From: Snowella sp.
Lineage (GTDB): Bacteria; Cyanobacteriota; Cyanobacteriia; Cyanobacteriales; Microcystaceae
Length of the DNA: 49,862 nt
Reading direction: 5' to 3'
Assembly: GCA_035285545.1 (NCBI GenBank)
Contig: JAYKGY010000063.1
Location: forward strand, 1 to 49,862
The notes under the pieces were generated by a model. The model saw nothing but the letters and a program-made list of their open reading frames with translations. It had not been told where the DNA came from and searched no databases. A program made the translations under genes and the position numbers. This document shows positions 29,258-38,839 of this stretch, in pieces (the stretch's first letter is position 1; each line of letters starts with the position of its first letter).

Positions 29258-29875
29258 TCTATCCTCAAAATACTCAATAACTATTTATCAAAGAAAAATC
29301 TTGGAGCAAAAAATCAAGTTAAGCTCCTTCCTGTTTCATTAATCTACACTCTCAACCCTACAGCAAAATAGATTTTTAATCTAAGGCTGAAAACTCATTC
29401 ATTAGGAAAAAGCACGGTTAATGATTTGCTTTCAAGATAGCAATTATTTACAATAATCCTATCGCCCTTAAGAGAGAATAATGAGTCTCTATGATCAAAT
29501 AACTGATCTCACCAGTCAATAAATTCTGGTCAAATCAATTGAATTACAAGCAAAATAGGCTCTCTAACAAAGATATTATTGCCTTAAATTCTTTTAATGC
29601 TTTATTAGGTTGCTTTATTGATAGATTAGGATTGATTATTTATTTGAATGAAACATTAATACTAAATTAATCTAATCTTGTTTTAGTATTTTGATTGATT
29701 TGATGAATTACAATGATTGATGTCTTGAAAATTTTTGTCAAAACTGGCGGATTAAAAACCTAAATAAAATTACATATTTTTCTAATTTTATTTTGTGTCT
29801 GTTTCGGTTATTTTGTATAAAAACTAGAGCCAATGCTAGCGATTACTTTGAATTCAAAAAAAGTGGAGTTAAAAA

Positions 29876-30457
29876 ATGAGTAATATTCCTAAAATTTTAG
29901 CCTTTGCTGGAAGTGCTCGTCAAAATTCGTTTAACAAAAAACTGGTCAAGTTAGCAGCAGAAGGGGCGCAATTAGCTGGCGCGCAAGTAACCTATGTGGA
30001 TCTGCGAGAGTTGCCGATGCCCTTATATGATCAAGACTTGGAAGCAGAACAGGGATTTCCCGACACGGTGAAACAATTTAAAGCCTTACTCAAGGCAAAT
30101 CAGGGGTTTTTAATTGCTTGCCCTGAATACAATAGCTCCATCACACCGCTCCTAAAAAATGCGATTGATTGGGCTTCTCGTCCTGAACCGAATGAACCGG
30201 GTTTAGTGTGTTTTCGTGACAAAATTGCTGTTCTGATGAGTACCTCCACTGGTGCATTAGGCGGTTTGCGAGGCTTAGTTCATGTCCGCGCCATTCTAGG
30301 GAACATTGGCGTTATTGTTTTGCCCGATCAAAAAGCGATTCCTAATGCTAATGAAGCTTTTGATGATTATGGTAATTTGAAAAACGAACAGCAACAGAAA
30401 GAGATTTATCAGCTTGGTAATAAGTTAACGACGGTCGTGTCTAAGTTACTCCATTAA
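29876..30457 (+). CDS. NADPH-dependent FMN reductase
   Basis: AFAGSAR.NSFN, PEYNSS.TPLLKNAIDWASR and GALGGLRG. Confidence 0.92.
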   Translation: MSNIPKILAFAGSARQNSFNKKLVKLAAEGAQLAGAQVTYVDLRELPMPLYDQDLEAEQGFPDTVKQFKALLKANQGFLIACPEYNSSITPLLKNAIDWASRPEPNEPGLVCFRDKIAVLMSTSTGALGGLRGLVHVRAILGNIGVIVLPDQKAIPNANEAFDDYGNLKNEQQQKEIYQLGNKLTTVVSKLLH

Positions 30458-30630
30458 TTTAATATTCCAAACTTTGATGAGTAAACTATAGAAAAGTAAT
30501 TTCTGGCATTTAAAAACAGATTAGAAGTAGCGATCGCAGACTAACCCCAATAAATTACCCTAAAAGCAGAAAAGGAGAAGCGGCTACCTCTCCCTTTCCA
30601 AACCACTAATAATTAAGGGAATGATAACTT

Positions 30631-30903
30631 ATGGCAACCACGATTGAAACTGACTTAAAGGAAGTCTTAGGTAAACTGGATCAACGTTTTGACCGTCTAG
30701 AACAAAAACTAGACAGAATGGATGCAGATTTAACCACGCTCAAAGTGGATATGGCAACAGTTAAAGCAGACCTAACCACAGTTAAGGATGACATTAAGGA
30801 TATTAGAGGAAACCAGCGATCGCAGATATGGGCATTAATTATTACTGTCATTGGTGCTACGGTCGCCGCAATTGTAAGATTCGGTTTTCTCTCTAATCCT
30901 TGA
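30631..30903 (+). CDS. Small coiled-coil protein with C-terminal TM helix, paralog 1 (DUF4164/XhlA-like)
   Basis: MATTIETDLKE, heptad repeats, and QIWALIITVIGATVAAIVRFG. Confidence 0.85.
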   Translation: MATTIETDLKEVLGKLDQRFDRLEQKLDRMDADLTTLKVDMATVKADLTTVKDDIKDIRGNQRSQIWALIITVIGATVAAIVRFGFLSNP

Positions 30904-31008
30904 ACACGCGATCGCAGACTAACCCCGATAGATTACCCTAAAAGCAGAAAAGGAGAAGCGGCTACCTCTCCCTTTCCAAACAACCAATAGTTAAGGAAAT
31001 GATAACCT

Positions 31009-31281
31009 ATGGCAACCACGATTGAAACCGACTTAAAGGAAGTTTTAGACCGAATTGATAGACGTTTAGGGTCAATTGAAAGCGATATGACCACGCTAAA
31101 AGTCTCTCAGGCACGAATGGAAGGGGAAATATCAACAGTAAAAAATGAGCTAACCTTTATTCGAGACGACATAAAAGATCTTAAAGGCAATCAACGTGCC
31201 CAGATATGGGCATTAATTATTACTGTCATTGGTGCTACGGTCGCCGCAATTGTAAGATTCGGTTTTCTTTCTAATCCCTGA
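31009..31281 (+). CDS. Small coiled-coil protein with C-terminal TM helix, paralog 2
   Basis: Same N- and C-termini as paralog 1 with a different middle. Confidence 0.85.
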   Translation: MATTIETDLKEVLDRIDRRLGSIESDMTTLKVSQARMEGEISTVKNELTFIRDDIKDLKGNQRAQIWALIITVIGATVAAIVRFGFLSNP

Positions 31282-31386
31282 ACACGCGATCGCAGACTAA
31301 CCCCAATAAATTACCCTAAAAGCAGAAAAGGAGAAGCGGCTACCTCTCCCTTTCCAAACAACCAATAGTTAAGGAAATGATAGCTT

Positions 31387-31692
31387 ATGACAACCACGAT
31401 TGAAACTGACTTAAAAGAATTTTTAGGCAAACTAGATCAACGCTTTGATCGCTTAGAACAAAGACTAGACAGAATAGACTCTGACTTGACTACTCTCAAA
31501 GTGGATGTAGCAACTCTTAAAGCTGAATTTAAGGGAGAAACATCGACAATAAAAAACGAGTTGGCAACGGTCAAAGAAGACATCAAAGATATCCGTGGTA
31601 ATCAACGCGCTCAGATTTGGACATTAATTATTACCGTTATCGGTGCTACAGTTGCAGCAATCGCTAAATTCGGATTTCTTTCTAACCCTTAA
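31387..31692 (+). CDS. Small coiled-coil protein with C-terminal TM helix, paralog 3 (11 aa longer)
   Basis: Same architecture; the middle combines segments resembling paralogs 1 and 2. Confidence 0.85.
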   Translation: MTTTIETDLKEFLGKLDQRFDRLEQRLDRIDSDLTTLKVDVATLKAEFKGETSTIKNELATVKEDIKDIRGNQRAQIWTLIITVIGATVAAIAKFGFLSNP

Positions 31693-31731
31693 GTAGCGAT
31701 CACTGTTCCTTATTGGCTTTTAAGAAGCAAC

Positions 31732-32541
31732 TTAACCAGGAATGATCTGACAAGCTCTGGTGTAGTAATTTAAGCGATCTTGGAGTCCATTGGCAGGATC
31801 TCTCCCATTGACCCTAGCAGAGATCTGACGACAGGTGAAACCTCTATCGACTAAGCTATTAATTTTATTGTTATGCCACCAAAAACCGGCACTGGTAAAG
31901 GGATAGGTAGCAGCAACATAGTTCACACCTTCCATTACCCGTGGATCTCCCAGATAATTAGCAAAGGACTGATAATTCGCCCGTCCTGTTAATTGGATTG
32001 CCCCTGCACCTTTATATTTTGGGCCGTCACCGGGTTGCGTATTGCCCAAATCTCTACGATTTTCGTAAGCCCATCCCGAAGCTAATTCTTTGAACCATTT
32101 CAATCCACCGGATTCGTGGGCAATCTGGGCCATAAAGTGACGAATACGGGCAGGGGTTGTGATATCAAAGCGACGTAGGCAGTTATTGAGGTCTGCTAAA
32201 TCATCATATTGAATAGAACGTCCACAAATCGCTTCTACTTGAGCCTTGCTAATATAGTCAACCGTCGTAACCATTTCGATCGCGTCCGGTTTAATTTTAA
32301 GCAATTCACACCAGGTATTTTCATCAACAATACCGTTGGGAACTAAACCCACTGGGGAGTATTTGCATTGATCTTGAGGACGAGCAGTTTGGAATTTTTT
32401 AACGCCTGTTTCGGTAATATTCCCGAAATTGCCATCAATATCGTTTTTATTGAGAATGCCCCAATTCATTAATTGAGCTTGTAAACGTTCAACTAAAAAG
32501 CCATCATCCCCTTTTTTGAGGACGGTTAGTTTTTCCCCCAT
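31732..32541 (-). CDS. Peptidoglycan-binding domain + glycoside hydrolase family 19 (endolysin/chitinase-like)
   Basis: PG_binding_1 (LKKGD...V..LQ..L...IDGNFG..TE.GVKKFQ) followed by GH19 motifs FMAQIAHESGG, LGNTQPGDG, GAGAIQLTGRANY and SAGFWW. No signal peptide is evident. Confidence 0.88.
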   Translation of the reverse strand: MGEKLTVLKKGDDGFLVERLQAQLMNWGILNKNDIDGNFGNITETGVKKFQTARPQDQCKYSPVGLVPNGIVDENTWCELLKIKPDAIEMVTTVDYISKAQVEAICGRSIQYDDLADLNNCLRRFDITTPARIRHFMAQIAHESGGLKWFKELASGWAYENRRDLGNTQPGDGPKYKGAGAIQLTGRANYQSFANYLGDPRVMEGVNYVAATYPFTSAGFWWHNNKINSLVDRGFTCRQISARVNGRDPANGLQDRLNYYTRACQIIPG

Positions 32542-32822
32542 AAAATTCTAATTCTCCTAAGAATAATGCGATCGCGCCTTGGATTGCGATGAAATCAATT
32601 AAATCATTTCTCTCGATAATGGCTCATTAAGAGAAAATTAAGCTTTTTGTAAGCGGTTGGTCGAAGATTTTTAAATAAAGTTGATGACGCGATCGCCCAA
32701 GCACCCGAACCCCCGTGACAACATTTAGCGAAATGAAGTTTAATGATAGGCTGATAAAGGATTAGCGTGGATCGCCCCTCGCTATCATGAATGATTTATT
32801 TACAGAAGGAAAACAAATAACA

Positions 32823-34358
32823 ATGGCACGTTTAGCTCTGCTGAGTGTATCGGATAAAACTGGCTTAATTGAACTCGCCCGTCAGTTAGTCGAAGAATTT
32901 CAGTTTGACATCATCAGCAGTGGCGGAACGGCTCAGGCATTAAAAAACGCAGGCTTACCGGTGACCAAGGTGAGCGATTATACGGGATCTCCTGAAATTT
33001 TAGGCGGACGGGTGAAAACTCTCCATCCCAAAATTCATGGTGGTATCTTAGCCCGTAAAGATTTCGCTCAGGATTTAGCGGATTTAGAAGCCAATGGGAT
33101 TCGTCCCTTAGATTTGGTCGTCGTTAATCTCTATCCCTTTGAACAAACCATTGCTAAACCCAATGTAACGGTCGCTGAAGCGGTGGAACAGATTGATATT
33201 GGTGGCCCTGCCATGATTCGCGCAACGGCGAAAAATTTTGCCCATACCACCATTTTGTCGAATCCCAATCAATATGATCGCTTTCTGGCTGCCCTACGGG
33301 AAAATGGCGACATTCCTTTAGCCTTGCGTCAACAATTTGCAGGGGAAGCCTTTGCTTTAACCAATGCCTATGACCAGGCGATCGCGACCTATTTTGCAGG
33401 ATTAAATAATGATGCTCCCCAACGTTACGGCCTCAGTGGAACCTTAGTGCAAACCCTCCGTTATGGCGAAAATCCCCATCAAAGTGCCGCTTGGTATCAA
33501 ACGGGAACCCAAACATCAGGCTGGTCTAGTGCGGAAAAACTGCAAGGAAAAGAATTAAGCTATAACAATTTAGTCGATTTAGAAGCAGCCCGACGAATTA
33601 TTGCCGAATTTGATACCAGTGAGCCAGCGGCCGCCATTCTCAAACATACCAATCCCTGCGGTGTTGCAGTGGGGAACAGTTTGGCGAATGCCTATGAAAA
33701 AGCCTTTAATGCGGATTCTACTTCGGCTTTTGGGGGAATTGTCGCTTTCAATCAACCCATTGATGGAGAAACGGCCCAAGCTCTGACCAAAACCTTTTTA
33801 GAGTGTATCGTCGCCCCTGGCTGCACAGAAGAAGCTAAAGCAATTTTAGGGACAAAATCCAATTTACGGGTTTTAATTTTACCCAATTTAACCGCTGGCC
33901 CTGCCCAAACCGTCAAAGCGATCGCGGGGGGATTATTAATCCAAGCCTCCGATGAAGTGGTGGATCAAACCGACACCTGGCAAATTGTCACCGAAAAACA
34001 ACCGACTCCTGAACAATTAGCTGAACTGCTCTTTGCTTGGAAAGTCGCCAAACACGTTAAATCTAATGCCATTGTGGTTACCAAAGATCGGACAACCTTG
34101 GGCGTAGGTGCAGGACAAATGAATCGGGTGGGTTCCGTTGAAATCGCCCTTAAACAAGCAGGTGAAAAAGCTCAGGGCGGATTTTTAGCCAGCGATGGCT
34201 TTTTTCCCTTTGATGATTCTGTCCGTACCGCTGCCGCCGCCGGTATTACCGCCATTGTTCAACCAGGGGGATCTCTGCGGGATAAGGATTCGATCCAAGC
34301 GGCCAATGAATTAGGGTTAGTTATGGTCTTGACCGGAATCCGCCATTTCTTACATTAA
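32823..34358 (+). CDS. purH: Bifunctional AICAR transformylase/IMP cyclohydrolase
   Basis: ALLSVSDKTG, GGRVKTLHP, IDIGGP, LRYGENPHQ, KHTNPCG, SDGFFPF and RHFLH; likely ATG at 32823. Confidence 0.97.
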   Translation: MARLALLSVSDKTGLIELARQLVEEFQFDIISSGGTAQALKNAGLPVTKVSDYTGSPEILGGRVKTLHPKIHGGILARKDFAQDLADLEANGIRPLDLVVVNLYPFEQTIAKPNVTVAEAVEQIDIGGPAMIRATAKNFAHTTILSNPNQYDRFLAALRENGDIPLALRQQFAGEAFALTNAYDQAIATYFAGLNNDAPQRYGLSGTLVQTLRYGENPHQSAAWYQTGTQTSGWSSAEKLQGKELSYNNLVDLEAARRIIAEFDTSEPAAAILKHTNPCGVAVGNSLANAYEKAFNADSTSAFGGIVAFNQPIDGETAQALTKTFLECIVAPGCTEEAKAILGTKSNLRVLILPNLTAGPAQTVKAIAGGLLIQASDEVVDQTDTWQIVTEKQPTPEQLAELLFAWKVAKHVKSNAIVVTKDRTTLGVGAGQMNRVGSVEIALKQAGEKAQGGFLASDGFFPFDDSVRTAAAAGITAIVQPGGSLRDKDSIQAANELGLVMVLTGIRHFLH

Positions 34359-34638
34359 ATTGTCCTGCCTGCCTGAGAAGGCTAGAAAAACGGATCTTTT
34401 TTACCAATCTTGACTGTTAAATTGATAGTTTGAAAAAAAATGCTAAATATCAACCAATGTAGCCAATTAGACAGTATTTGTCTAAAATAGGGTTGACTTA
34501 TTGTTAAAGTCTAGTATGCTACTAGATTAATGTTTAGATTAATGTGACTAAAAATTAGTTCCCGAATCTTCATTAATTGATAGCAGGTTGTTATTCATTA
34601 TTTGGGTGATCATCTTGGAGTCAGGAAGTAAAGTTACA

Positions 34639-36573
34639 GTGCCTTCTAGCACCATACCGTCAAGCACAAAAGACAAAACAACAACAGCCGATTCAGAGAA
34701 GTCGTTTGGCCAAGGCGTAATTAAAATTGCGGGAGGAACTATCCTGGGGGTAGGTCTGCTTGCAAGTGCGGCGATCGCTGGTGGCTTAGCGGGCTTGGCA
34801 ATTAGTTTTCGTAATCTTCCTGATGTCCGAACCCTCAAAACCTATGTTCCTGCCCAAACCAGTTATATTTATGATGTTAAAGGGCGGGAATTATTGGCCC
34901 TGCATGACGAAGCTCACCGTAAACTCGTTAGCCTAGAGCAAATTTCTCCCGATCTCAAACGGGCGGTCATGGCGATCGAAGATAGCAGTTTTTACAATCA
35001 CCAAGGCATTAACCCGAATAGCATCGGACGAGCCTTACTGGTTAATTTTAAGAGTGGAGGCGTTTCAGAAGGGGCATCCACCCTCTCCATGCAGTTAGTC
35101 AAAAATATTTTTCTTTCTCAACAACGAACCGTTACCCGAAAAGCCGCTGAAGCCGTATTGGCCATCCGAGTAGAGCAAGTCTTTGATAAAAACCAAATTT
35201 TAGAAATGTACCTCAATACTATCTATTGGGGGCATAACAACTATGGTATTCAGACGGCTGCCGAAAGTTATTTTAAAAAGCCCGCCGCTAAGCTGAATTT
35301 AGCTGAATCAGCGATGTTAGCTGGCATGATTCAAGCACCTGAATCCTATAGTCCTTTTAACAAGTTTAAGGCAGCCAAAGCCCGTCAAGAAGTTGTCCTT
35401 GATCGCATGGCCGCTTTAGGCTGGATTACCCCTCAAGAATCTGAAGCCGCAAAAAAAGCTAAATTAAATTTAGGGGAACCAACCGCTTGGCGAGGGAGCA
35501 AACTTCCTTACGTAACCGATGCCGTCATTAAGGAACTAACGGAACGTTTTGGCAAAGAAGCTGTCATTAAGGGGGGGATGCGCGTTCAGACAACCGTAGA
35601 TTATGACCTCCAGAAAAAAGGAGAGGCCGTGGTTCACAATGCCTACAAGCGTCTTCGGGGGAGATTACGCGGTAAGAACCTACAAATTGCGTTAGTTTCT
35701 GTCGATCCTCGTACCCATTACATTAAAACCATCGTAGGAGGGGTTGACTACAATAAGAGTCAATTGAACCGAGCAATTCAATCTCGTCGTCAGCCGGGTT
35801 CATCCTTCAAACCCTTTGTGTATTACACCGCTTTTGCTTCGGGGAAATATACCCCTGATTCGGTCGTTTATGATGGGCCGATTCGGATTCGCGATGGTGC
35901 TATTATCTATTCACCCAAAAACTATGGTGGTGGTTTCTCTGGGCCCATGTCGATTCGGAGTGCGCTGGCGGTATCTCAAAACATTCCCGCCGTTGTGGTT
36001 GGGAGTAAGGTAGGGATGAATCGGGTTGTTGAAGCCTGTCGTCGGATGGGTATTAAAAGTCCTTTGATGGCAGTTCCATCGTTACCGTTGGGGTCTGTGG
36101 ATGTAACCCCGTTAGATATGGCTAGTGCCTATGCCACCCTAGCGAGTAATGGTTGGTACTCAGAACCGACAATTATTATGCGCGTTACCGATAGCCAGGG
36201 AAATGTTTTGTTGGATAATACCCCCAAGCCTCAGTTAGTGCTTGATCCTTGGGCCGCCGCAAATACCAACTCGATTATGACATCAGTTGTGAACGGTGGA
36301 ACCGGAAGGGCTGCCTCTTTAGGACGACCCACTGCAGGGAAAACAGGAACCACAGATAATGAACGAAATGTTTGGTTTGTGGGCCATGTGCCCCAAATGG
36401 CTACGGCAGTTTGGTTAGGGAATGATAACAATGCTTCTCTTGGAAAAGGGATTTCAGGGGGACATTATGCGGCTCCTATTTGGCGTTCCTTCATGAGCCA
36501 AGCGGTTAAGGATATGCCGGTCGAATACTTTGCGGCGGCTTCTAAGTTCCCGAAACCGAAACCTTCAAAATAG
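34639..36573 (+). CDS. Class A penicillin-binding protein (PBP1A-like transglycosylase/transpeptidase)
   Basis: GT51 motifs AIEDSSFYNH, GASTLSMQLVKN and RKAAE; transpeptidase motifs SSFK, SQN and KTGT; probable GTG start at 34639. Confidence 0.92.
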   Translation: MPSSTIPSSTKDKTTTADSEKSFGQGVIKIAGGTILGVGLLASAAIAGGLAGLAISFRNLPDVRTLKTYVPAQTSYIYDVKGRELLALHDEAHRKLVSLEQISPDLKRAVMAIEDSSFYNHQGINPNSIGRALLVNFKSGGVSEGASTLSMQLVKNIFLSQQRTVTRKAAEAVLAIRVEQVFDKNQILEMYLNTIYWGHNNYGIQTAAESYFKKPAAKLNLAESAMLAGMIQAPESYSPFNKFKAAKARQEVVLDRMAALGWITPQESEAAKKAKLNLGEPTAWRGSKLPYVTDAVIKELTERFGKEAVIKGGMRVQTTVDYDLQKKGEAVVHNAYKRLRGRLRGKNLQIALVSVDPRTHYIKTIVGGVDYNKSQLNRAIQSRRQPGSSFKPFVYYTAFASGKYTPDSVVYDGPIRIRDGAIIYSPKNYGGGFSGPMSIRSALAVSQNIPAVVVGSKVGMNRVVEACRRMGIKSPLMAVPSLPLGSVDVTPLDMASAYATLASNGWYSEPTIIMRVTDSQGNVLLDNTPKPQLVLDPWAAANTNSIMTSVVNGGTGRAASLGRPTAGKTGTTDNERNVWFVGHVPQMATAVWLGNDNNASLGKGISGGHYAAPIWRSFMSQAVKDMPVEYFAAASKFPKPKPSK

Positions 36574-36600
36574 CAAAAGATAATAAGAGTACGGTGGCGA

Positions 36601-37239
36601 TTAAGTATCTCCCTGAACTCGCTTAATAAATTTCTCAACGAGGCTTAAAAGCAGTTGGGGAATTTCGTGTCCCATATCAAATTCGTGGTACTCTACTTCG
36701 GCAGCGATCGCGGTTAGGGCATCACGGGCTTGTCGGGCAGCTTGAATTGGAACAACCCTATCTTGACGACCGTGAACCATCAGGATGGGAGCAATGGGAT
36801 TTTTTAACAGATGGGGCTGGAAATGGAGATAGCCACTTAAACAAATTAAACCGGCTAGGGGTAATTCAATGCCCACATCCAAGGTCATCGCGCCGCCTTG
36901 GGAAAATCCACCTAAGATTGTGCGAGAGAGGGGAACCCCTGTTTCTGCTTCTAGGGATAATAGCCAGTCTCGGAGTTGGTGACGACTTTCAGCTAGTCCA
37001 TCATGGCTTTGGGTTTCTAAGGCGTACCAGGATCGCCCTGTAGCTAATTCAGGATGGGAAAAGGGAGCATTGGGAAAAAAACACAGATAATGGTCAGGTA
37101 AATTTAAAATTTGAGCTAAAGGGGCTAAATCGTTGGCATCGGCTCCCCAACCGTGGAGTAAAACGAGGAGATGCTGAGGAGGGTGATTTAGCGTGGTGGG
37201 GTAAGCGATCGCGGAGAGAGTCAGAAGCGTTATCCTCAA
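36601..37239 (-). CDS. Phospholipase/carboxylesterase family alpha/beta hydrolase
   Basis: LLHGWGA, GGFSQGG, HGRQDRVVP and MGHEI. Confidence 0.9.
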   Translation of the reverse strand: MRITLLTLSAIAYPTTLNHPPQHLLVLLHGWGADANDLAPLAQILNLPDHYLCFFPNAPFSHPELATGRSWYALETQSHDGLAESRHQLRDWLLSLEAETGVPLSRTILGGFSQGGAMTLDVGIELPLAGLICLSGYLHFQPHLLKNPIAPILMVHGRQDRVVPIQAARQARDALTAIAAEVEYHEFDMGHEIPQLLLSLVEKFIKRVQGDT

Positions 37240-37428
37240 AATGTTATCAATTCTTTATTTTAGCCATTTTTTGGGGTTCAAATAGATCATTTCGTGAATC
37301 ATGCGGCGGTATGGTACTTTTTTGTTCTCAACCTTAAGCGTTAATTCCATTCTTCAGAACATCGTGGGAAAGGGCTTTCCAATGGGATAATAGAGTAGTT
37401 TTTGTTCACCCTGTTTCGACTCTAACCC

Positions 37429-38763
37429 ATGACTTCCCACGCTAAAATCATTGTTCTTGATGATGACCCGACAGGCTCCCAGACGGTTCATAGTTGTTTG
37501 TTGTTGATGCAGTGGGATGTGGAAACCTTGCGTTTAGGGTTACGGGATGAGGTGCCCATTTTCTTTGTGTTAACCAATACCAGAGCCTTAACCCCAGAAA
37601 AAGCAGCCCAGGTGACCCGTGAAGTTTGCCAAAATCTAAAATTAGCTCTAGCGGCGGAAAATATTACCGAATTTCTGATTGTAAGTCGGTCGGATTCCAC
37701 CCTGCGCGGCCATTATCCCATCGAAACCGACGCGATCGCTGAAGAATTAGGTGACTTTGATGCCCATTTTTTGATTCCCGCCTTTTTTGAGGGGGGACGT
37801 GTTACCCGTGATAGTGTTCATTATTTGATGATTAACGGAACGCCGACTCCTGTTCATGAAACCGAGTTTGCGAAAGACTCCGTTTTTGGCTATCACCACA
37901 GCTATTTACCCGATTACGTGGAAGAGAAAACCCAGGGCAAAATTAAAGCCAACGAAGTCAAACGCTTTTTACTCAACGACATTCGCCAAGACTGTTTACC
38001 CGAATTATTAACCCTCAAAAACAATCAATGTGCGGTCGTGGACGGAGAAGTGCAAACAGACTTAGATCAATTTGCTCAAGCGGTTTTAACTGCTGCCGAT
38101 CACGGGAAACGCTTTTTATTTCGCAGTGCGGCCAGTATTTTGACTTCTTTAGCTCAATTAGACAAACAGCCCTTAGCCCCTGAAGCAATGGCCCAATATA
38201 AACCAACCGATAAAACCGGAGTTGTCTTAGTCGGCTCCCATGTGAAAAAAACCACCGAGCAATTAAATAATTTATTACAAGAACCCGATGTCGTTGGCGT
38301 TGAAATTGATGTAACCCGCCTGCGAGATTTTCCGGAAACCCGCGATCAAATATTGAGCGAAACCTTAGAAAAAATCAATCAAATTCGCCAAGGTAATCAA
38401 ACTCCCGTTATTTATACCAGCCGTCAAGAATTAGCCTTTGATACCATTCAAAAACGTCTTGATTTTGGGGTAGCGGTTTCTGCCTTATTAATGGATATTG
38501 TGCAATCTTTACCCAAAGATATTGGTTTTCTGATCAGTAAAGGCGGGATTACTTCTAATGATGTTTTAAGTACGGGGTTAAGTCTGCGATCGGCCCGTTT
38601 ATTAGGACAAATTTTGCCTGGCTGTTCCATGGTGACAACTGCTGCGGATCATCTTTTATTCCCCCATTTACCCGTTGTTCTATTCCCAGGCAATGTCGGG
38701 GATGCCCAAGGATTAGCAACCGTTTATCGTCGTCTTAATCCCCTTGAGATCTCGAATAGATAG
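37429..38763 (+). CDS. Four-carbon acid sugar kinase family protein (DUF1537/YgbK-like)
   Basis: VLDDDPTGSQTVH, RSDSTLRGH, PAFFEGGR, SKGGITS and FPGNVG. Confidence 0.88.
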   Translation: MTSHAKIIVLDDDPTGSQTVHSCLLLMQWDVETLRLGLRDEVPIFFVLTNTRALTPEKAAQVTREVCQNLKLALAAENITEFLIVSRSDSTLRGHYPIETDAIAEELGDFDAHFLIPAFFEGGRVTRDSVHYLMINGTPTPVHETEFAKDSVFGYHHSYLPDYVEEKTQGKIKANEVKRFLLNDIRQDCLPELLTLKNNQCAVVDGEVQTDLDQFAQAVLTAADHGKRFLFRSAASILTSLAQLDKQPLAPEAMAQYKPTDKTGVVLVGSHVKKTTEQLNNLLQEPDVVGVEIDVTRLRDFPETRDQILSETLEKINQIRQGNQTPVIYTSRQELAFDTIQKRLDFGVAVSALLMDIVQSLPKDIGFLISKGGITSNDVLSTGLSLRSARLLGQILPGCSMVTTAADHLLFPHLPVVLFPGNVGDAQGLATVYRRLNPLEISNR

Positions 38764-38839
38764 AGCAGGGAGGCTACAAACCCTATCTATTGAGTCGCAT
38801 TGCTTTGACGACTATTCCTGTACTTCCCTATTTATCAGC

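Larger units (their letters stand above)
30525..31701 (+). repeat. Tandem array of three gene cassettes (378, 378 and 410 bp), each starting at a HIP1 site
   Basis: GCGATCGC at 30530, 30908 and 31286, and GCGATCAC at 31696. The ~100-bp leaders are near-identical, and the array is flanked by the direct repeat AAGTAGCGATC (30525-30535, 31691-31701). Confidence 0.95.

Noticed and set aside
29258..29875. Long AT-rich intergenic region with recurring TTGATT words
   Set aside because: No regular period, ORF or clear structure; consistent with divergent promoters.
30631..31692. Diversity-generating retroelement as the source of paralog variation
   Set aside because: Differences are not adenine-specific and include segmental indels, and there is no reverse transcriptase in the window.
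30525..31701. Repeat-spacer periodicity suggestive of a CRISPR array
   Set aside because: Units are 378-410 bp and protein-coding, and no cas genes are present.
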